Source: Candidatus Heimdallarchaeota archaeon
GTDB lineage: Archaea > Asgardarchaeota > Heimdallarchaeia > Heimdallarchaeales > Kariarchaeaceae
Length of the DNA stretch: 25,853 bases
Assembly (NCBI GenBank): GCA_015523565.1
Contig: WAKA01000100.1
Coordinates: 1-25,853, forward strand
Reading direction: 5' to 3'
How positions within the stretch are numbered: position 1 is the stretch's first letter; every line of letters starts with the position of its first letter. The notes under the pieces were generated by a model. It was not told the origin of the DNA, did not search any database, and saw only the letters and a program-made list of their open reading frames with translations. Both the position numbers and the translations under genes were made by a program. Below are positions 19,024 to 25,853 of the stretch, in pieces.

Positions 19024-19099
19024 AAGTAATGAATCCTGATTGAAGATTTAAGAATGATGCTATCTGAAAGCATAAAGTACTTGGAAAATAAGAACAAGC

Positions 19100-19576
19100 A
19101 TGAAAACAACCCTTATTGCAACTTCAGGAACAAGCATAAATGGAATCCACAACATCTTGTTCGCACACCACATTAAAAGGGCATATGAATTCGATAAAAT
19201 AATTCTTCTTCTAACTGAAAAATTAACTGGAAAATTCTTTGAGGATGTGGTCGAAAGAATCGAAAAATCAAACAGCGAGATGAATTGGAATCTCCCAAAG
19301 CCTGAAAAAAGAACCATTCCAGGGGAAAATCTCATAAAAATAAGAGATGCCATCATGGAAATTCTGAAAGATTACCAGCATTTTGTCCTTGATATCACGG
19401 CTGGAAGAAAAATCATGGCTGTTGGAGCGACAATTGCGTTTCAACAGACAAAAGCAGAGCATAAGGAACTTGCATATTACCTTTTAAAAGGCGATACAAC
19501 AACACCAGCCACCGATAGACTCATCCAGCAACTCCTCCCAGATGAGTGGACTCTCGATTATTATAAAGAAGTATGA
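19100..19576 (+). CDS. Stand-alone CARF-domain protein (ring-nuclease-like motifs)
   Basis: 158 aa; LIATSGTS (motif I, S12), DKIILLLT strand, VLDITAGRKIMAVG (D-x-T-x-G-R-K motif II), LAYYLL; no HTH or nuclease fusion. Confidence 0.82.
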   Translation: MKTTLIATSGTSINGIHNILFAHHIKRAYEFDKIILLLTEKLTGKFFEDVVERIEKSNSEMNWNLPKPEKRTIPGENLIKIRDAIMEILKDYQHFVLDITAGRKIMAVGATIAFQQTKAEHKELAYYLLKGDTTTPATDRLIQQLLPDEWTLDYYKEV

Positions 19577-19631
19577 GTAATTTCCATTATTTCAGCACAT
19601 TTTTTTTAACACATCAACTGGATTGTAAATT

Positions 19632-20099
19632 ATGGAGTCAAAACAGAATATCAAGACAATAGCGGCAATACTTACATTCGTACCATTGGTTTACATTGTA
19701 TTGCTGGCATTCATTGAAGGAATAGTCCCAATGTCCCATCCACAACCAGATACATTGTTGGAAATATGGATACCTGTAATACTTGCAGTTGTAAGCCTCT
19801 TTGACGCAGAATTAGCATTCCAATTGTTTTTCAAAAATGCAATCAAAGCTACAACGAAAGAACCAAACGAAAAAAATTTTGCGAAAGCCAGGTCAAATGC
19901 AATAATTGGTTTTGTGCTGATTGAAAGCGTTGCAATGTATGGTTTCCTGATAGGAATTATTCAATTATTTGTTACCCAAACCTTTAATATGACCATCCCG
20001 TTGACATTCATGACAATCTCATTTCTTCTCTCCTTGTATGCATATTTAACATATGTCCCAAAACTTTCCGAATTTATCCAAAATAGACAAATCGAATAA
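19632..20099 (+). CDS. Hypothetical 4-TM membrane protein
   Basis: 155 aa with four hydrophobic segments; TM3 is IIGFVLIESVAMYGFLIG. Confidence 0.75.
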   Translation: MESKQNIKTIAAILTFVPLVYIVLLAFIEGIVPMSHPQPDTLLEIWIPVILAVVSLFDAELAFQLFFKNAIKATTKEPNEKNFAKARSNAIIGFVLIESVAMYGFLIGIIQLFVTQTFNMTIPLTFMTISFLLSLYAYLTYVPKLSEFIQNRQIE

Positions 20100-20159
20100 A
20101 CGGATTAGAGGAAATCACAGTATAATTCGACAGCATTGATAAATTTCAAAAGAAACTTC

Positions 20160-20176
20160 CTCAAATTTTATATATT
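20160..20176 (+). promoter_or_regulatory. Putative TATA box of the tRNA-Gly gene
   Basis: CTCAAATTTTATATATT ending about 29 nt upstream of the mature tRNA 5' end. Confidence 0.55.
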
Positions 20177-20204
20177 CTACAAGATAAAATGAATTCGAGT
20201 AAAG

Positions 20205-20276
20205 GCACGCGTGGTGAAGGGGTTATCATAGGAGCCTTCCAAGCTCTTGTCCCGGGTTCGAGTCCCGGCGCGTGCA
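20205..20276 (+). tRNA. tRNA-Gly (anticodon TCC), intronless, CCA not encoded
   Basis: Acceptor GCACGCG/CGCGTGC plus A discriminator; D stem GTGA/TCAT; anticodon stem GGAGC/GCTCT with loop CTTCCAA; T arm CCGGG-TTCGAGT-CCCGG. Confidence 0.97.
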
Positions 20277-20281
20277 TCCGA

Positions 20282-20287
20282 TTTTTT
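20282..20287 (+). terminator. Oligo(T) terminator of tRNA-Gly
   Basis: T6 tract 5 nt after the discriminator base, followed by more T tracts. Confidence 0.5.
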
Positions 20288-20456
20288 GAGAGGGGGTTTT
20301 TGGTTACAATTGCTTCAGAATTTTTTCGTGTAGATATTGTCAAGGAATTTTTTTTGTGGAAGAGAGAAAGCCCATAGAAGAAATTTTTTTACCTAAAAAG
20401 GAAGTTTTCTTCTCTGGTATATACATTTAAATTTTGTGTACTGAAAGATGGATTAA

Positions 20457-21884
20457 ATGCGAGTATTGGTTGGTCAGAGTTATTTCCGTATTTTGGATCG
20501 GAAAGAGTATTCTCGTGCCATGCCTTATCCACCGTTGGGTACATTAATTTGCGTGTCAATGGTGAAAAATGCAGGGCATGAGGTAGAATTTTTTGATGCG
20601 ATGTTGGGCACTCCAGATGAGTTCATTGTCAAGTATACCAAAGACTCTTATGATGCGGTAATATTCTATGATGATGAATTCAATTATCTTACAAAGATGA
20701 GTCTTTCCCGCATGCGTGAAACTGTATTGAGTCTTGCTTCAAACATTTCCTCTCCAGTTATACTATATTCGTCAGATGGTATTTATCATCCAGAAGAGTA
20801 TTTGAAAGGAGGAGTTGATTACGTGATTACAGGGGAAGGAGAATATGCTGTTTTGGAGTTACTTGAGTTTTTGGAAGGAAATAGGTCGATAGAAGGAATT
20901 AGGGGGATTGCATATTTAGAGAGGGGAGAGATAAGACAAACACCATCCCGCCCATTGCATAGTCGTTTGGATGATTTTCCAGATCCTGCTTATGAATTGG
21001 TTGACTTGCAAAAATATAGGTTGATATGGCTTGAGAAACATGGGTATTTTTCGATTAACATAACCACAAGTCGCGGATGCACGTATAAATGCAATTGGTG
21101 TTCAAAACCGTTGTGGGGTCGGACATACAATGTTCATTCAGCATCCCGTATTGCCTCTCTAATGCGTATGCTCTCTGAAAAATGGGGGGTAGATCATTTT
21201 TGGATAACCGATGACATATTTGGAATGAAAAAGGGATGGTTAGAGGAGTTTTTGAATGCATTAGGTGATTTTCGTCCAAGATACAAGTGCCTGTCCCGTG
21301 CAGATTTATTGATTAAGGGACGGACAGTAGAGCTATTAAAGGCCACAGGTTGCCAAACAATATGGATTGGGGCAGAATCAGGGAGTCAACAGATATTGGA
21401 TCGGATGGAGAAAGGGATAAAAGTGGAGGACATATATCGAGCGGTTGAACTTTGCCGTAACCATAACATAGAAATTTGTTTTTTCATTCAGTTTGGATAT
21501 ATGGGTGAGAATTGGGAGGATATTGAGGCAACACGCCAGTTAATAAGGGAAACATTGCCTGACGACATAGGGATTTCAGTATCATATCCATTGCCTGGGA
21601 CAAAGTTTTACGAAATGGTAAAGAACAAATTGGGAAGGAAACGTCATTGGGTAGATTCAGATGATTTGGATCCATTGTTTCCAGGCACATATCCACGGGA
21701 GTTTTATAAAAAACTTCATCGTTTAGTTCATAATGAGTACAGATATTATAAATATCGAAATTCAAAAAAACCACGGGATTTATTGAAGACATTTTATCAT
21801 TTTGTAATGATGAAAGGATATGAAAAGAAGGTGAAACCATACAGAAAAACAAGATATTTGACAATTTTTGCCCAACCTTCCTGA
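20457..21884 (+). CDS. Cobalamin-binding-domain radical SAM protein
   Basis: 475 aa; YPPLG and GEGE in the N-terminal B12-binding-like domain; TSRGCTYKCNWC (CxxxCxxC), DDIF, IGAESGSQ, YPLPGT. Confidence 0.9.
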   Translation: MRVLVGQSYFRILDRKEYSRAMPYPPLGTLICVSMVKNAGHEVEFFDAMLGTPDEFIVKYTKDSYDAVIFYDDEFNYLTKMSLSRMRETVLSLASNISSPVILYSSDGIYHPEEYLKGGVDYVITGEGEYAVLELLEFLEGNRSIEGIRGIAYLERGEIRQTPSRPLHSRLDDFPDPAYELVDLQKYRLIWLEKHGYFSINITTSRGCTYKCNWCSKPLWGRTYNVHSASRIASLMRMLSEKWGVDHFWITDDIFGMKKGWLEEFLNALGDFRPRYKCLSRADLLIKGRTVELLKATGCQTIWIGAESGSQQILDRMEKGIKVEDIYRAVELCRNHNIEICFFIQFGYMGENWEDIEATRQLIRETLPDDIGISVSYPLPGTKFYEMVKNKLGRKRHWVDSDDLDPLFPGTYPREFYKKLHRLVHNEYRYYKYRNSKKPRDLLKTFYHFVMMKGYEKKVKPYRKTRYLTIFAQPS

Positions 21885-21987
21885 GTTTGCAATAAATTTC
21901 AGTGACAGAATTGTTTGTCTACAATAAACCAAGTGATGTCCGATATGGTCAACCTTATGTTTGGTTATGCATGATTCCAGATAGAGA

Positions 21988-22692
21988 ATGATTTTTCGTG
22001 AGATAAACCGTAATAAGGTAGAGGCTTTGTTTCTTGATTTTGATGGCACACTGATTGATTATCATGAAGTGGAGGATCGTGCAATCAGAGATGTTTTAAG
22101 CAGGTGGGGCGTCGGGAATGTTGAGAAAGGGGTACAATTTTATCGTCGGATCAATGAGGCATTATGGGAAATGTTTAGGCAAGGCAAAATCATTTCAGAT
22201 GATATCAGGTATAGAAGGTTCAAAGAACTATTTGACATATTGGGGTTAAACAGGAATGCAATTCAGTCAAATGAGGAGTATTTGGAATCGTTTATTTTAC
22301 ATTCAAGGGTAGAAGAGAAGGTTTTGGAGAAATTGGATCAATTAAAGGAACAAGGGTTTAAATTGATGGTTTTGACGAATGGGTTCCATAATACACAAAA
22401 GCGGAGACTTAAAAACTGCGGGATACTAGAACGAGTTGACGGGTTTATAACAAGTGAAGAGGTTGAAAAACCAAAACCTGCGCCCTACATGTTTCTGCAA
22501 GCCATGCAAAACCTTTCCATCAGCCCTGAACAGGCGGTAATGGTTGGGGATTCATATGATGCGGATATAAAAGGTGCACTCAATTTAGGGATAGAAGCCG
22601 CATATATTGGGAAGGAGATTCCAAGGGGAAAGTTACACCCATTTGGAATATTTCAAAATTTTAAATCGTTTGTCGATTATTGGATCGGTTGA
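21988..22692 (+). CDS. HAD-superfamily hydrolase, YjjG-like nucleotidase
   Basis: 234 aa; LDFDGTL (motif I), INEALW cap, LTNG (II), KPKP (III), VGDSYDADIKGA (IV). Confidence 0.88.
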   Translation: MIFREINRNKVEALFLDFDGTLIDYHEVEDRAIRDVLSRWGVGNVEKGVQFYRRINEALWEMFRQGKIISDDIRYRRFKELFDILGLNRNAIQSNEEYLESFILHSRVEEKVLEKLDQLKEQGFKLMVLTNGFHNTQKRRLKNCGILERVDGFITSEEVEKPKPAPYMFLQAMQNLSISPEQAVMVGDSYDADIKGALNLGIEAAYIGKEIPRGKLHPFGIFQNFKSFVDYWIG

Positions 22693-22762
22693 AAAGTTAA
22701 AATTTAACATGAATTCCCTTTCAAATCTTTAATCATTTGTTGATTACTACACAAGTTGTAAA

Positions 22763-24406
22763 TCAGATATTCGCTTCAGCGATTACCTCCCCAGAGAGAC
22801 GTTGAGCCGCACCCTTGTATGCTTTTTCAGGCATATGCAGGAAATTAATAAGGAGAGGTTTGGATTCGAAGAAAATGTTCCTCATTTCAGTAGTCATGTC
22901 TACAAGGTTTGGTAAAGCCTCGATAGCATTTCTGAAGGCAATATGCTTCTCAATGGATTTAGGAATCCAGTCAACAAAATCTAGAAGTTTCGGATGTAAG
23001 GGGTAATAGAACATTGCCTTGTGTTTTCCAAAAATGCTGTTTTTGTCAACTTTCTTTAGTGAATCAGGTAATTTTACAGGTGGAACTACATATGTATATG
23101 TATCAGATTTGTTTTTCTTGCCATATTGAAAGATATAGATTGGCATAAGAAGTTTGACTGTTTTTCCAGGAGCTGTGTTGAGTTTGAATCTTTCAGGTTC
23201 AATCATGGGGGCACTTTCTGTCTGAATTTGTTTTTCTATTTCATCAACCCATTGATCTTTGAGTGAGAGAAATTTGGAGTATTTTTCTTGGGCAACTGTC
23301 AATTCCCTTTTGATTGACTCGATTTCCTCTTTGCTTTGTTTTTCTGCAGATATAAGAACCTGCCTGATTTGTTCCTTGTCAATTTCGCATTTTCTTTCCA
23401 AGTCTTCCTTATCTAATTTATAATCTGCATCAATATCGGATTCACGGTTTCTTGTTTTTGTAACTTGTTCCTTGGCAAAGCTAATTGCCGCTCGAAAAGT
23501 GTCTGTAGCGTCTTCAAGATTGCTTAAGGTATTTTCGATGGCACTGACAGGGTCATCCCCAGGATTGGTTGTCAACTTTTCAAGTTCCTGCACATATTTT
23601 TCGATATCTTTTTCATCCTTCCTGATATTCTTTGCGACTCCCGCCACGAATCCTTTAAGGTTTTCCTTTTTAGCTTTTTCCTTTTTCTTTTTAAGATCTT
23701 CAAGGTCTTTTTTTAATTGTTCGTCTCGTTCCTTTAATTTCGTAGTTTCTTCAGCCTTGAGCCGTTTGAGTTCTTCTTTCCAATATTTTTCTCGATCAGT
23801 AAGTTGGTTTTTCAGGGTATCCACTACATCCTTAAAGGCATTGTCAACCAAAGATATTCTTTTGTTGATTTCAGTTTCCAATCGTTTTTTGTCATAAACA
23901 GCACTGTCTATTGCTTCAATATCCGCATTCAGTTCATCTTGTTCGCGTATTGGTGGCAGTTCGGTGAATTCCCAACTGCCAGATAATCGTTCTGCATCAA
24001 GCAAGGTATAAACAGCGTCCAAATCATTCTTGCTGAGACCACCCCTTAAGATTGTTTCCTTCACCTTAAACTGCATAAGTTTTTTGTAGACTTTATTTAC
24101 CTCGATATTGGCCTTGTTATCAAGGAAGACCTGTAATTCCTCAATAGGAAGAAGGGATGTAATCGGTACCCGAATCTCTTTTTGGCTTGACGGATTGAGT
24201 GCCAAGTATCCACCAGTTTTTGTTTTGACAAAAAGAATGGGAATGGAAGCTTTGGAGATTCGTTTAATTATTTCGGGTTTTCCCACCCTCTTGTCTCCCA
24301 AGAAATCAGATGCAAGGATCATCATCCCAGCCTTTTCCGCCATTTCGTCAGATTCTGCGGAGAGGGCACTTGTTTGGAATTTTACCTTTATTGTAGCCAT
24401 ATCCAA
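22763..24406 (-). CDS. Hypothetical protein with long central coiled coil
   Basis: 547 aa; E/K-rich heptad region at about aa 155-395 flanked by globular-looking termini; no Walker motifs. Confidence 0.8.
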   Translation of the reverse strand: MDMATIKVKFQTSALSAESDEMAEKAGMMILASDFLGDKRVGKPEIIKRISKASIPILFVKTKTGGYLALNPSSQKEIRVPITSLLPIEELQVFLDNKANIEVNKVYKKLMQFKVKETILRGGLSKNDLDAVYTLLDAERLSGSWEFTELPPIREQDELNADIEAIDSAVYDKKRLETEINKRISLVDNAFKDVVDTLKNQLTDREKYWKEELKRLKAEETTKLKERDEQLKKDLEDLKKKKEKAKKENLKGFVAGVAKNIRKDEKDIEKYVQELEKLTTNPGDDPVSAIENTLSNLEDATDTFRAAISFAKEQVTKTRNRESDIDADYKLDKEDLERKCEIDKEQIRQVLISAEKQSKEEIESIKRELTVAQEKYSKFLSLKDQWVDEIEKQIQTESAPMIEPERFKLNTAPGKTVKLLMPIYIFQYGKKNKSDTYTYVVPPVKLPDSLKKVDKNSIFGKHKAMFYYPLHPKLLDFVDWIPKSIEKHIAFRNAIEALPNLVDMTTEMRNIFFESKPLLINFLHMPEKAYKGAAQRLSGEVIAEANI

Positions 24407-24498
24407 AAGATGATTCTTCTTTACCTTACTTAAAGGTAGCAGTTCTTTTTAAGAGAATTGAAATGCAATCTAGATTTTCCATAAAACTGACATTCATT

Positions 24499-24514
24499 GA
24501 AAGTTTTTATTTAC
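24499..24514 (+). promoter_or_regulatory. Putative BRE/TATA promoter of the ABC transporter operon
   Basis: GAAAGTTTTTATTTAC ending about 27 nt upstream of ATG 24541. Confidence 0.45.
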
Positions 24515-24540
24515 ATGTATTCTCTATTTGAAAATGAATT

Positions 24541-25779
24541 ATGGGCAATCTTAGAGTTTTCTTCAAATCTGTGCGATTTACAACCCGGACAAAAAAGCGT
24601 TTCATTGTGTTTGTCACAATCTTTGCGTTGACTGCTGCATTTATCGCGTTTTTTGTTAATACGCTTGATGGCTATTTTACGTCAGATTACCTTGATCAAA
24701 GAGGTGTATACCTTGTACAATTCGATGATCACAATGTAACACAACCGCAAGGGAATCAATTGATTCAAAAGGTCAAAAACCTTAATCTAGATTTTGAACT
24801 TAATGAATTGCAGTTATACAGGTATATTGATATTGACAATGCATTGCGGATTTATAGCATTAACATTTCAAGACCGTGGCTACATCCGTGGGTCAATCCA
24901 GAAGTGGTACTTTCAGGAAAGTATCCGTCAAAACCAGACCAGGTTCTTATTCCAGAGGGAGACCTGCAAGTCAGGCAGACAATTGGCAACATATATGTTT
25001 CAAGTACTGTTGCAGTTGGAAGCAAGTTTTTCCTTTCAAATGGAACATATACAGATGCAAACGGGACGGTTCTAAAACTATCGGTTTCGGGTACCTTTGA
25101 CGCATCAAACTTTGGAGGAGGACAGAGAAACAGCCTGTGGATGTTTGTTGATGACAGTATTTTTGATAGGATTGTCCAACTTTATGGGTTCAACTCATCA
25201 CAAACATATGTACACTCTGCAAGCATCACTGTAAAAACAGCAGGACTTATTCCAACTGGTCAGGATTATGACAATGTTGCAACTTTGAAAAATGAAATTG
25301 AGAACAAAGTACTTTCAGACACAACAGTTGGGATTTGGAGAAAAACTGCAATTACAACATCCGCAACGGTCAAAAAGGAGGCAAGGAACAGGGACATCAC
25401 TTCATTTGGATTTGCAATTATGGGAGGTGTTGTTCTTGTGTTCATGTTTTCTTACCTTCTATCCAAGTTCCGTCGTAGGGAAATTGCAATCCTTAAAGCA
25501 ATGGGATACGGAAAAAGTTCCATAAGACTTACACTCATTGCAGAAATATTGACTACAGCAGTAACAGGATTTGTATTAGGAATGATTGGGGCAGATGGGA
25601 CTTTACTTTATCTTAATCTACGTGACATATCTGTTTTTAGAAAATCAGCGTTGTTAAGACCAGAGGCCATCCTTGCCTCATTCATAATTATTGTGCTGGT
25701 AACCCTACCAGGCATGATGTTTGCGACTTTTAGGGCGTTGAGGGTCAGTCCAATGGAGGCATTTAGAGACAGGACGTGA
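24541..25779 (+). CDS. ABC transporter permease, FtsX/MacB family
   Basis: 412 aa; N-terminal TM, large extracytoplasmic domain (SGKYP), RRREIAILKAMG, three C-terminal TMs, VSPMEAFR. Confidence 0.9.
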   Translation: MGNLRVFFKSVRFTTRTKKRFIVFVTIFALTAAFIAFFVNTLDGYFTSDYLDQRGVYLVQFDDHNVTQPQGNQLIQKVKNLNLDFELNELQLYRYIDIDNALRIYSINISRPWLHPWVNPEVVLSGKYPSKPDQVLIPEGDLQVRQTIGNIYVSSTVAVGSKFFLSNGTYTDANGTVLKLSVSGTFDASNFGGGQRNSLWMFVDDSIFDRIVQLYGFNSSQTYVHSASITVKTAGLIPTGQDYDNVATLKNEIENKVLSDTTVGIWRKTAITTSATVKKEARNRDITSFGFAIMGGVVLVFMFSYLLSKFRRREIAILKAMGYGKSSIRLTLIAEILTTAVTGFVLGMIGADGTLLYLNLRDISVFRKSALLRPEAILASFIIIVLVTLPGMMFATFRALRVSPMEAFRDRT

Positions 25780-25786
25780 TGTGATT

Positions 25787-25853
25787 ATGAGTGCAGAAAT
25801 ATTGCTTGAAGCAAAAAATCTAGTGAAAACTTACAAAAGAGGAAGAAATGAAG
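25787..25853 (+). CDS. ABC transporter ATP-binding protein (LolD/MacB-type), 5' fragment truncated by the window edge
   Basis: MSAEILLEAKNLVKTYKRGRNE starting 8 nt after the permease stop; typical LolD-like N-terminus. Confidence 0.75.
   Translation, partial: MSAEILLEAKNLVKTYKRGRNE

Noticed and set aside
19020-19073. 17-codon minus-strand ORF (MLSDSIILKSSIRIHYL) overlapping the PIN GTG start, as a possible antitoxin peptide or frameshifted N-terminus
   Set aside because: It would leave only 26 bp for two divergent promoters, it covers a TATA-like TTAAAT for the PIN gene, and no slippery site is evident
20104-20164. ORB-like inverted pair (TAGAGGAAA ... TTCCTCA) upstream of the tRNA
   Set aside because: Only a 6-bp inverted match, lacking the TCCA half-site and G-string, with no cdc6/orc1 nearby; compatible with chance
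20161-20377. ORFs 20161-20343 (-) and 20189-20377 (+)
   Set aside because: Both overlap the tRNA gene and are shadow ORFs
22763-24406. SMC/Rad50 ATPase call
   Set aside because: No Walker A/B, ABC signature, hinge or CxxC hook
1-25853. CRISPR array or cas genes to explain the CARF gene
   Set aside because: No regularly spaced direct repeats and no Cas-like ORFs seen; intergenic gaps are all under about 230 bp
20250-25853. Integrated element at tRNA-Gly
   Set aside because: No integrase or transposase, and no duplicate of the tRNA 3' end found by eye on either side within the window

Overview
Archaeal chromosomal window, judged from an aIF-1A gene, TATA-like boxes about 25-35 nt upstream of several starts, a tRNA without encoded CCA and a four-subunit 2-oxoacid:ferredoxin oxidoreductase. 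An Asgard-like origin is plausible but is inference only, from a 7TM-longin-like fusion, an LRR protein and a basic aIF-1A tail. The left two-thirds is mostly peptide and amino-acid catabolism: amidohydrolase, TldD/PmbA, tryptophanase, M20 peptidase, porCDAB-type operon and aldehyde dehydrogenase. The 17-20.3 kb block beside tRNA-Gly(TCC) is the most unusual part. It holds a 7-TM protein with a longin-like C-terminal domain and a PIN RNase transcribed divergently from a stand-alone CARF protein with ring-nuclease-like motifs. No cas gene, cyclase or CRISPR array is in view. The CARF gene is followed by a 4-TM protein carrying an ATP-synthase c-subunit-like E-S-x-x-x-Y helix. Right of the tRNA lie a B12-binding radical SAM enzyme, a HAD hydrolase, a long coiled-coil protein and an FtsX/MacB-type ABC system. 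Hand counts of third codon positions suggest a strand-composition gradient across the window that flips abruptly at the tRNA. All calls come from motif reading; no searches were run.
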